Positions 11,444 through 21,604 of a stretch of 34,519 nt of DNA are shown here, piece by piece. The notes beneath the pieces are model-generated. The model saw only the letters and a program-made list of their open reading frames with translations, had not been told where the DNA came from and made no database searches. This DNA comes from Lama guanicoe. Taxonomy: Eukaryota. Position numbers and translations under genes: made by a program. The stretch lies in assembly GCA_013239625.1 (NCBI GenBank), contig MU053504.1:2426607-2461125 (forward strand), written 5' to 3'. Position 1 is the first letter of the stretch; every line of letters begins with the position of its first letter.

Positions 11444-12899
11444 AGGTCTCAGTGGACAGGTTACCTCTGGGCATGGCTGGGGCACTTGCCAGGCAGGCCA
11501 AAGCCAGACTCAGTGAGGTACTGCTGCTATGTAAACATCAAGGGAGATGTAGCCCCTGGAGGGGCCTGGGAGGGGAAGGGAGCCCTGCAGGAGCTGGTGC
11601 TGCCCTCCCCGGCTCGCTGCTCGAGTCTCAGGGCAGTCATGTGGTGTCTCAGGCTCATGGAGACACCGTGCCTGCCTCCACTTACCCCGCAGGTGCTCCT
11701 CACAGAGAAACAGAGATGTGGGGGATGACCCCCAGTCCCTCTCTGGGCCCTGAAGGATTTTAGGTGCCCCAAGTCTGGGTGCCAGTCTTTCCTGCCCAGC
11801 ATCTTGGGCCCCAGAGGCCCCATGGCTCAGCACACCTCATCTGTGTCCCTCTCTGCTGCAGCTCTGGCTTGACTGGCATTTCAGGTTTATAGTTGATGGT
11901 TCAGGACCCTGTGCCAGTGTCCCTCTGGGTCCCTGGGCCCCCTTCCTAAGGCTCTCAGTATCCTCTGAGCTTTGGGGGCTGCTCACTGGCTATGCGGTGG
12001 CTGGGGCTCCACCCTCCGCTTGGAGTGTGTGGGGGTGTTGGGGGGCACCTTGGGTCTGCTCGACAATCCCCAGATTGTGGCCCTACTGAGTGCCTTCATG
12101 GGAACCAGGGCCTGGGAGGAGGGAGGTACCACTCTGCCTGTCTGCCCCCTTTTTTGCCTCCTGGTTCTTTCAAAATGGGTGCTCCCCAAAGCTCCTTCCC
12201 CAGCCCTCTCTTCTCTTTGTTCCTCTGTCCTCTTCCTGGGAGACTGTACCCCACACTCCTGCTTCTGCAACTGTATCCATCCCTGGCCCCCTTATCTAAG
12301 TTCCCAACATCTTTCACCTGTAAGCACCTACTGGTACCTCCCATCAAAATATGCCAGTCCCTTGCATTCCACATTTCCCCTCAAAAAGTTGCTGCTCAGA
12401 ATGATCCCTATTCCTCCAAAGATGCCTCTCTCCTCCCAGACCTGGGCCCAGAGCTGGGGGGGGAGGGTGTGTCAGGACCTCCTGGTCCCCTCTCCCTCCT
12501 GCACAGCCCTCAGGCCGCTCCTGCATCCACCACAGCCTCTGCCCTCCCGTCTTGCTGCTGCCCTCACCCTCTGAGCCCCATCACGGCAGATCCGAATACT
12601 CCGTGTCCCTGCTTGGGCTCTGTCCTGCTTGCTCATTACTGCCAGATTCCACTCAGTCAGTGGCCCTGGGCTTGGTTCCAGGATGCGGTGAGATGCCCTG
12701 GGAGGCTGGGCACAGCACAGACTGGTAGGAAGGAGGAGGCAGGGCGGGGTGTTCCCACGCCGGGTGAGGAGCAGCAGCGATGGAGGGGCTGAGAAAGAGC
12801 AGTATGTGCCGCAAGGGCAGAGGCCATGGGCGGTTAGGGATGACTTTCTGAAAGAGGGAGACACGGGCTCTCAACCTCAAAGACCAGTAGCCTTTTGTG

Positions 12900-13405
12900 G
12901 TGTTGATTGTAACCATGAAAAACTGGAAAAGCTGAGCAGGAGACTGCATCAACACACCCTGGAACACGTGTGAACGGAACACTGGCTGCTGCTGGAACGA
13001 ACTAGAATGGACAAACCTCCACGACAAAACGCTGGGTGGAAAAGGCAATGTGAAGACTGATATGTGTGGCGTGGTGCCATTTGTAGAGATCTGAAGGACA
13101 CACTGAACAATACCGTTTATTATTATGGATTCAGGTGTTTGTGGTAAGAGAATAAACCGACGTGTGGGAGTGATAAACACTGGATTTGCCTCTCGGGAGG
13201 GAGAGAGAAAATGACAAAAGGACAGGAGGAGGGGACTCCGTTGTGTCTGTGCTCTATTTCTTTGAAAAGAGGGAGAAAAGAATCTGAGGCCGATATGGTG
13301 AAATGTTATCATCTGTTCAATATGGGTGATTAAAGATAGACGGACAAGTGATATATTATTTTCTCCTTCTCTGGACATTATTCTGTAACTCAAATTTTTA
13401 AAAGA
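12900..13405 (+). mobile_element. Old L1 3' end (L1ME-like)
   Basis: atggacaaacctccacgacaaaacgctgggtggaaaaggcaa...atctgaggccgatatggtgaaatgtta, followed by an A-rich end. Confidence 0.6.
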
Positions 13406-13749
13406 AGTTAAAAGAATATAATAGGAAGTGGTGGCATGCTATACCCTCCTCGATCATTCCCGACACGGGGCCGGGGTGAACCAGGGAGCAGGGAGGCGGC
13501 TGAGGGCCCCTGGAACAGGTCACAGCTGGGGTTGGTGGGTGGGGAAAGGAACCTGGGTGGTAGGCTCTAGATCCTGGGTGCGTGGGTTTCTAAAGAAGTG
13601 GACACACCGACTTTCTGCTGCCTGCCTATTGGCCACCTCCTGCTCCACCCGTCCCCCCTCCTCCCCCAGCAGCCTCTGGCTGGCTGATTTTCAAGTTGGT
13701 GATTTATTTCATTCCTTACCATGTATTTATGGAGCATCTGCTATAAAAG

Positions 13750-13990
13750 CAACAGCTCAGACTGCACTCACCATGTACCAGAATTATACTCACACATAGT
13801 ATCTCCCTGAGGTCTCACCCCAGCCCTGCAGGTGGGTATGACTACCATCACTGCCATCCCTATCTTACAGATGAGGAGACAGAGGCAGAGAGGCTCAGGG
13901 ATTTGCCAGAAGTTACACAACTAGGAAGGGGTGGAGCTGGGACTTGAACCCAGGCTCTGGCACCAGAGGCTGTGGTCCTCTCGGCTATGC
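13750..13990 (-). mobile_element. MIR SINE
   Basis: atcttacagatgaggagacagaggcagagagg...gagctgggacttgaacccagg, the antisense MIR core and B-box region. Confidence 0.85.
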
Positions 13991-14446
13991 TCTGTTGCTC
14001 CTCATGTGCCGGGCACCGTGCTGGGCACTGGTGACGACATAGCTGATCCAGCCCTGCCCTCACAGAGCTGCCGGGTCAGTGGGGGGAATCACACACCAAA
14101 TTAAGCAACATATACATGTGATGACAGTTAAGGAGCCAGTAAAAGAAAACTTCGTGCCAGAGGGAGAGAATACAAAATACATACTGAAATTGAAGGAAGA
14201 GAAGAGGGAAGGCCGCTTTGAAGTGGGGACATTTATACTGAGACTTACAGGATGGGGAGGTAGCCAGGAGGAGCTGGGGAGGGCGGGCCAGACAAAGGGA
14301 AGAGCAAGTGCAAGGGCATGAGCTTGGCGTTGGCAAGAAACCAGAAGAGGGTCAGAAGGGCCTGTGCGTGCAGTGAGCAAGGCGCAGGTGGCAAAGCCAT
14401 GGGGTCAGACGGGAGGTGGCCCATCACTCAGGCCCTTCCTTACAGG

Positions 14447-14550
14447 AGGGGGACCACATGTCACAGTTCTGGTCTGTGCTCTGCTGTCCCAGTGTAAAGA
14501 TTCATAATGTCTCATTTTGGTCCGGGCATAACAAACTCGATGGTCACCCT
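14447..14550. mobile_element. MER81/MER94-like hAT-Blackjack MITE
   Basis: Imperfect TIRs agggggacca...tggtcaccct around ~100 bp; flanks cttacagg/atcgcagg. Confidence 0.6.
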
Positions 14551-15687
14551 ATCGCAGGTCGTGGTGCAGAGTTCGGATTTTGTTCCCAGGACAGTAGAAA
14601 AGCATTGAGGGGTTTTAGAAGAGAGCGACACTTGAATTTATAATGCATAAAGGTCACTCTGACTCCTGTGTGGAGAGGGCCTGCAGGGAGCAGGAGGAGG
14701 CCACTGTCTCTTTCCTGACTCAGCTGCAGTGTGGAAGGAGCAAGGCCTGGGAAAGGCAGGGAGATCCGGTTTCGGCCAACTGAAGTCGCAGCCGTGGGTG
14801 AAGTGACTCCGGGCAAACGCATCCCCAGAGCTGCTGTTCCCCTTGTCCTTCCTGTGCCTACTCAGTCCCAAGGCTCCCAGGAGGGGCCTTAAGGAGTGGG
14901 AAGAAGCCCCTGAGGGCAGCTGTCCACCTCTCAGGACTACAGGGAAGCTGGTGAAAGAAATAGCCAAGTTCTCTGGAAGGGGTAAAGGACTCAGTAAATT
15001 TAAAAATCGACGACGAACAATATTAACTTTCCATTTGATAGAATGCCCTTTCCCTTTCCTTCTCAGCCCCACACAGCCCCCCATCGCCAAGAGGAGATTT
15101 CAGAAGTGAGAGCCCAGGGGGCATTCACAGATACCAGCTAGGGAGGGTCTCCCAGGGAGGCCAGCTTCCAAACCGAATGGGTGCTGGGAGAAAGCAGGTG
15201 GCTTCCGGTGCCTGCTGATGTGCACGCTGACTGGCCCACGAATGAAGGTAGGCCCACTCACCCTGGCACCACCTCTGGGGGTTGGCATTTGTATCTGGGG
15301 GTACAGGGAAGGGGGATATGTGGACAAGCACATACACTGCTCACAGCATGCTACGGGCAGATGCCAGCACAGATTTCCAGTTACCTTTTATATTTAGAGG
15401 AGGTGGGAGCAGAAAACAAGCGAAGAGCTTGTAATGGCAGTGAAGAGTGGGAAGGCCAGGAAAGTTAGAAGTCCATAAAACAAATCCTGCAAGCATGAGG
15501 AGCCTCTCAGTTGTCTTCCTGCAAAACAGCACATGCGCGCATGCCTAAGAGACCAGGCAGGTTATTAAGTAAACCTTCGCTCAGGTGGAGAGTCACCCTC
15601 CACTTGGGAGGGCCATCCGAGTCCGGTGCCAGGAAGGGACAGCCACAGGCTCAGGGTGGAAGGGAAGAGGCTGATGGGAGAAGGGTC

Positions 15688-15696
15688 ACTCACCCA
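15688..15696 (-). other. ADRA1D: 5' splice donor of ADRA1D intron 1 (TGG|GTGAGT; intron starts at 15693)
   Basis: The minus strand reads CCA CTG G|GTGAGT, a consensus U2 donor right after TM6. Confidence 0.95.
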
Positions 15697-16768
15697 GTGG
15701 CAGGACGAAGAAAAAGGGGAACCAGCAGAGCACAAAGACTCCCACGACGATGGCCAGAGTCTTGGCCGCCTTCTTCTCGCGGGAGAACTTGAGCAGGCGC
15801 ACGGACAGTGAGCTGCGGAAGGTGTGGCCCTTGGCGCTGCGCCTCCTGCCACGGGCCGCGTCCGAGCCGGTGCTTGCGCTGCGACAGTGGATGCGCAGCA
15901 CCACCTCCGAGGCCTTGCCCCGCTCGCGCTTGACACCAGCCTCCAGGCTGCGCGTGGTGCTTCGCGCAACCACGTACACGCGGCAGTACATGACCACGAT
16001 GACGGCCATGGGCAGGTAGAAAGAGCACAGGGAGGAGAAGACGGCGTAGCCCGCCTCCTCCGTGATGCCGCAGAAGCGCTCGTCCGGGGGCACCGGCTCC
16101 TTCCAGCCCAGCAGCGGCCCCACGGATACCACGAGGGCTATGGCCCAGAGCAGCGCCAGGATGGCGGCCGCCTTGCGCTCGGTCATGATGGAGGGGTACT
16201 TGAGCGAGTGGCGCACGCCCACGTACCGGTCCACCGAGATGGTGCAGAGGCTGAGGATGGAGGCTGTGCAGCAGAGCACGTCCACGGCGGCCCACACGTC
16301 GCAGAAAGCCCGGCCGAAGGCCCAGAAGCCCAGGACCTCCATGGTGGCTGAGAAGGGGAGCACCGTGGTGCTCAGCAGCAGGTCGGCCACGGCCAGATTC
16401 ACAATGAAATAGTTGGTGACCGTCTGTAAATGGCGGTTGCAGGCCACGGAGAGGATGACCAGCAGGTTGCCTGCCACCGCGGTGAGGATGAAGGCGGCCA
16501 GGAAGACTCCCACGCCCACGCCCTGCGCACTCACCACCAGCCCCCCGACGGCCGCCGTGCCGTTCACCTCGCCGCCAGCGCCGGCGCCCCCCGGCTCCCC
16601 CGCGGAGCTCCTGTTGTCCTCGCCGCTGTCCGCGCCCACCACGCCGCCGCCGCCCGCGCTCCCCCGCCCGCCGTCCACTGCCGGGCCCTCCGAGACGGCT
16701 GACCCACTGGCGCTGCTGTCCGAGCGGGATCCCTCGAAACTGACGCTCAGGAGGTCGCGGAAAGTCAT
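15694..16768 (-). CDS. ADRA1D: Alpha-1D adrenergic receptor, coding part of exon 1 (N-terminus to end of TM6; 358 codons + 1 nt, phase-1 intron follows)
   Basis: The translation starts [13 protein letters not shown] (alpha-1D N-terminus) and has class A aminergic GPCR motifs: GNLLV (TM1), LAVADL (TM2), [12 protein letters not shown] with the amine-binding Asp, [13 protein letters not shown] (TM5), REKKAAKTL and CWFPFF (TM6). It ends at ...LPL-G|GTGAGT, the conserved alpha-1 receptor intron position. No exon 2 sequence (TM7 NP..Y region) is seen in the window. Confidence 0.98.
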
Positions 16769-17160
16769 CTCAGCGCGTGGCCGTCGGGGGCCGGGCCCGG
16801 GCGCAGGACGAGCGACTGTTAGGGCGGGGGGTCACCGGGCATAGTTGCGGGGCTCTGGCTCTAGTTTGGCGCGCCGGTCCCGTCAGGATCCTGCCCCAGT
16901 TCCTGTGACGTGGAGCGCAGCTGCCCTCGAGCACAACGGGGTCGGCGGGGCCGGCGACCGGGGCTCCCCGAGGCCGGCCGCGGAGTGGGACCCAAGAGCC
17001 GGGGCCGCCGACGCGCGCCGTTCTCTGAGCGCGCCTAGGCGGCCGGGCGGCGCAGGCTGCGGCCACTGCGGCGCTCACTACTGGGCGCGGGGGGCGGGAC
17101 GGAGGAGGAGCAGAGCTGGAGAGGAGGCGGGGAGGGGGCGGCCGGCGCCGAGGGACCTGG
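16769..17160 (-). promoter_or_regulatory. ADRA1D 5'UTR and TATA-less core promoter with Sp/KLF GC boxes
   Basis: GGGGCGGG at 17091-17098, GAGGCGGGG at 17124-17132 and GGGGGCGG at 17134-17141; no TATA box seen. The TSS (~17050-17100) is inferred, not observed. Confidence 0.65.
16819..16842 (-). other. Upstream ORF MPGDPPP* in the ADRA1D 5' leader
   Basis: The minus strand reads caact ATG CCC GGT GAC CCC CCG CCC TAA, with A at -3. It ends 50 nt before the main ATG. Confidence 0.7.
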
Positions 17161-17898
17161 CGCCACACTTGCCGGAAGAAGGGGCTCTGTGCTTTGGAAG
17201 AGCCAGCGTCCCGGGGTCCCCAGGGGCGGCTGCGCAGGCGCGCGCTTCGACCCCGCAGCAGCAACCCCCGCCGCACCGCGGGTGCCCACGTCCGCCCTCT
17301 CGCCTCGCGGTCCGCTCCCGGCTCCCTCCCCCAGCCCTCCTGGGTCTCCTCCCCCTTTCTCCTCAGCTGCGTCTCCCTGCCTCCCGCCCTTTTCCCCAGC
17401 GTCTCGGGCCACTCGCTGGTGCCCTTGGGCGCACCGAGCGTAGAAGGTGCGATGCTCGAGTTCCCCAGACTCACGGCTCCGGCCGCCAGAGAGCAGCAAG
17501 CGCGTGGAGTCTGCAGACTGCGGACTGGACCGCGCCATGCCGCGCCGGGTCGCCTCCAGGGACTGCCTGGATGGATCTGTGGCACCTCCTTACTTCTCTC
17601 AAGGCACTGGATAAGGGAGGGTCTCAAACACCTCTGTCCAGTGACGTGGCGTGGAGAGCCCCAGGAAGGGTCGAAAGCTTTGCGGGCCTGTGAATGGGCG
17701 AAGGGACAAGAGACTACACTTACATGGTTACAGTCTTCAGATCCTGACGAGGACACGTCGGTCTGTCTATACCAACTTCTGCACAATTACTTTACTCCAT
17801 ATTGGGTGTCAGAATAAAACTTCCTATTGCTATACTAAGTAAGTGGCCTGGTTCTAGGGCGGGAGGGTTTAAGAGCTGGAGGGTGGGAAAGGCCACTT

Positions 17899-18108
17899 GG
17901 TGGAATGGTTAAAGTAGTGGGGGGAGGGCAGGCAGACAGTCTGGCTCCAAATTCAGGCTCCACCCCTTGTTAGTTGTTTGACCTCTTTGTGTCTCAGTTC
18001 TTCATCTGTAAAATGAGGATAACAGTAGTGTGTGTCTATTGACCTGAAGGTTAAATGAGTTAATATGTGTTAAGGCCCTGGAGTAGTGCTTGTGTTAGCT
18101 GAGTAGGT
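17899..18108 (+). mobile_element. MIR SINE
   Basis: acctctttgtgtctcagttcttcatctgtaaaatgaggataacagtag...ggttaaatgagttaata. Confidence 0.85.
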
Positions 18109-18454
18109 CTAGGCAGGGCAGGATTTGAACAGGGAGGATAGAGAACAGCGGGGTTTGGAGCTAGTATGAACCCCGGGACACAGGTAGAGGGGTGGGTTTG
18201 AGGAGCCTCCTGTTGACAAGCAAGACCGGACAGGGGGAGACAAAAAGAGACCATTTCTTTGGCCAACATAAAAATACTAACCAGGCTGCTATGTATCAGG
18301 CCATACCAGACCCTCTGGATGGCAGAGGCGGGGAGGAATTGCAGGGAGGATAATGCCACCGAGTAGGTGCAGGATGAGAAAGGCTTGAGCCATGCCAGGG
18401 AGATGAGCACCTATTTGGAGAGGTGTCTGGGATGGGGCGGAGGACTCACGGCTT

Positions 18455-18470
18455 CAGCGCCCTCTGGCGA
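18455..18470 (-). promoter_or_regulatory. Candidate CTCF binding site
   Basis: The minus strand reads TCGCCAGAGGGCGCTG, close to the CTCF core consensus CCACCAGGGGGCGC. Its CpGs are retained outside the island. Confidence 0.65.
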
Positions 18471-21259
18471 TGAATGACATCTCAGGATGTCTGAGAGTTC
18501 TAGATGAGAAGATGCTTTGGAGAAGAAGCATAAAATGGGGGAAATGGTGAGAGATGAGTAGCCCCACTTCACACTCCCTCCCCAGCCCAGGAAGCCAAAG
18601 CTGTTACAGCCATAGCTCTTCCAAGGCCCCCGGCTTTCCTATATACATCTTCCATCTTTTACCTGGGTCTTTGAAAACTTACTATGGAGAGTTGAAATGA
18701 AAGCAAGGTGGCTTATAAGGATTTCTTGGCAGCTGATCAAAAGTAAAACTTTGGGTTTGGGCTTCCTTTCTGAAGGGGAGGGGCAGCGGGTTCTGGAAGG
18801 AGAGGCCGGAAGCTTCTCACAGGGAGTGTCAGTTGGCAGGCTCAGTCTCTGTGACTAGTTGCCATCTCACAGTGTGGGACAGGGGTACCCCTGGTGGAGT
18901 ACATCTCACTCTGGGCTTGGTCAGTTTTCAGGAACAACAGGGAATAGAAGACATAGTTAAATCTGAACTAGTAGGAAACTACTTGACAGGTGTCACATAG
19001 AAATCTGTGCTTGATTCTGGCCTAGAGAGCCAGCATAAGGCTGGCTGGAGGTATATTTGCCAGCAGGGTGAGGAGGCATTGTGGATAGGGGGCCTGGAAG
19101 GAGATGGGGCAGCTTCACTGCATCTGAAATCTTGGTCTGCCAGGGGACTTTGGAGATTCTAGAGCTCTAGGGGAAGAAAGAGGGAAGGACAGGAGTAGTG
19201 AAATTGTCTGTGACTTCCTCTACCAGCTTATGATACTCAAATCTGGGAAGGGGTCAAGTTGTTAGACCAGAGAGCCCTGGAGACCTGGGTTCTTTGTGAT
19301 CCAGCAGCATGGTTTCTAGTTTAAGATGGAAAACTAAGCACCTGTGTTTATGTCCTCTCCCTTATGAGTCTCCTCTAGAGTGAGAGTAGAGAAAAAGGAA
19401 AGATTCATCTTACAGCTGAGAAGTTATATCTTAGACTGATAAGCCTAGACTTCAGCCCTTAAAGAGGAGACTTGAGGGACCTCTACAAGAGGTCATGGGG
19501 TGTTTGAGTGCCTTTCATTTCCAGTATGGTTTACTGAAAAAGGGAGAATGCCATTTGGGAATGTGCCAATGACAATGACAATTCCAACTCACTCAGCTCT
19601 GGAAATGCAAAAGGAAAATTAAGGTGGACAGTGGGAACTCAGCTAGCATTGCTTTGACCACCATGGAGAATAAGCAGCCCCCTTTCTGGTGGAGTCCACC
19701 CAGTGCCAAGGGGAATCTCTTTCTCTCCTTTATTAGTGCCTGAAATCCCATCCTTAAAATCTAGGTCTTCTAACTGCAAGAACCAGCGTTTCTCATTACA
19801 TCACAAATTCTTTGTACCTCCTAGTACAGGTGACATATAACGTAACTTACCTCCTCCAGCCCCTGAGATCTGATTACCCATTGTGGGATGTGAACTGGGA
19901 AGAGCGGGGAAGAAGTTCCATCGGGATATCCTGTGGTAATGAAAAGAAATAGGAGAAAGTTCTAGGTATAAATTTGACTAACCTGACAAATTCTCTGACC
20001 CCCAAATGGAGCAGCAAACGCTAATGAGGAAGATTTCCTAAGACAGAATTAAAATAGGCCAGTCAACTCAGAGGAAGTGGCCTATAACCAACTTGAAAGG
20101 CCAGGCAGAGTTGCATGACTCCAGATCCCAATTAGGGAGGCTGAGACAACTCTTGCTGGGATGCTAGCCTTCCAGCTCACAAATAAGATGGCACAAAGCC
20201 ATTTTCCATTTCCTTTCTCCTGGGCCAAGAGTCAGTCTCTGGAGAAGACAGTGAAGAAAGGAGGATTCCCTTGATAATGATTCCTTGGAGGAAAGAAAGG
20301 CTGAAGGAAGGAAAAAAAAAATCCCAAATGTCCCAGGAAAAAAATTCAGAAGTGAGGTTGGCCTTCTCAACTTGAGTGTCCTTCATGACTTATCCCTTGG
20401 GCTCCTCCCAATTCTTCTTCTCTCCTCTGTGGGTTAGTCTCTTAATATCCCTAATCCTCCATTTCCCCATAAATGTAAAATAGTGATAATAACTCTGTCC
20501 TACATGGGAATTAAGTATTTGCAAAAATCCCATTTACCTCCTCGTCTGGATCCCCAGTGTCTCTGACATATTCCTCTGTTGAGTAGTGTCTTGTAATTTC
20601 ATTGTTTACCTAAAGTATCTGGAGATAGGGACCTTCTTGGGCTTTTCAGTGACTGTGACATAATTGTCTTTTTGTGCTCGGGAGCTAGTGAGTGTAGTGC
20701 TGGCCTCTTGAAATTGCTCAGTGAAAGTTTGCTGAGACAGTGGATGCAAGTATGAATCAACAAGTGAAGAAATGGATGAATGCATGAAAGTATGAAGGAC
20801 TGGGCACCTCTGAGTGCCACTGAGGGTTACAGTATATGTCTCTGTCCAAGAGTGCCAGCCTTTTGCAGTAAATGACTGGTAAGGGCTTTCACACATGCCA
20901 GGGAGCCTGGTCTGCTGGGGCAGGACTGAGCACCTTTCTCCAGGGAGGAATGCTTCTGAGGGGCATCAACAGGGCTGAGAGTGACCATGCAATTCACAGT
21001 TAATTTTCCTTGGACATTTATGGGTAAGACAGGATATTGGGTACATTTTCCTTTCTTAAAGCACCTTTATTGACCTAAATTGAGGGACTTTTATTTGTCT
21101 TGGTTTTTCTTCAGTAAAATGGGATGATGTTTCACCAGTGTGCCTTCTGTTTACGATATTGACACATGCCCTTATTATTAAAGGTGGTCTGTTGGGAAGT
21201 GGGCCAACTAGCTGGGCCAATCTGCAGGGCTGTAATTTTTAAGTCTTTATTTAAGCTTT

Positions 21260-21600
21260 ATTTTTATTTCAAGGAATTGGCTCAATTGTGGAAGTTGGTA
21301 AGCCCAAATCTGTAGGACAGGCTGGAAAGTCAGATAAGAATTGAAGTTGCAGTCTTGAGTCTGAAATCTGCAGGGCAGATTTCTGTGTTATACTCTTGAG
21401 GCAGAATTTCTTTTCTCTGGAAAACCTCAGTTTGTGGTCCTAAGGCCTTCAACTGATTGGATGAGGCCCACACACATTACTGAGGATAAATAAGCTCCTT
21501 TGTTTAAAGTGATTTTAGATGTTAATCTCATCTACAAAATGCCTTCACTGCAACATCTAGATTAGTGTTTGACCAAACAGCAGGGTACCTTAGCCTAACT
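21260..21600 (-). mobile_element. MLT2-type ERVL LTR (partial)
   Basis: aaggaattggctca...aaggccttcaactgattggatgaggcccacacacatta...gcaacatctagattagtgtttgaccaaaca. Confidence 0.8.
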
Positions 21601-21604
21601 TTTC

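Larger units (their letters stand above)
13703..14780 (-). mobile_element. L2 LINE 3' region, split by MIR and MER81/94 insertions
   Basis: The L2 tail tatttatggagcatctgcta (to 13743) resumes as atgtgccgggcaccgtgctgggcactgg at 14004; more L2 sequence (aaaggtcactctgactcctgtgtggaga) follows 14560. Confidence 0.7.
1..15693 (-). other. ADRA1D: ADRA1D intron 1 (partial; continues beyond window start)
   Basis: Follows the donor site. Repeat-rich, and no receptor-like ORF appears in the six-frame track. Confidence 0.9.
15700..17700. promoter_or_regulatory. CpG island covering ADRA1D exon 1, 5'UTR and promoter
   Basis: Sharp rise in GC and CpG density compared with CpG-depleted flanks; edges estimated by eye. 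Confidence 0.9.

Noticed and set aside
11972..13393. ORFs of 200-266 aa in the intron
   Set aside because: No recognisable domains, composition mirrors local GC/pyrimidine bias, and one is antisense to an old L1 3' UTR.
15565..16844. Alternative-frame and antisense ORFs over exon 1
   Set aside because: Shadows of a GC3-rich coding sequence.
16770..17786. 338-aa minus-strand ORF ending 1 nt before the ADRA1D ATG, plus overlapping plus-strand ORFs (e.g. 16845..17693)
   Set aside because: TTG start, low-complexity Arg/Pro/Ala content and no domain; expected from stop-codon scarcity in a CpG island.
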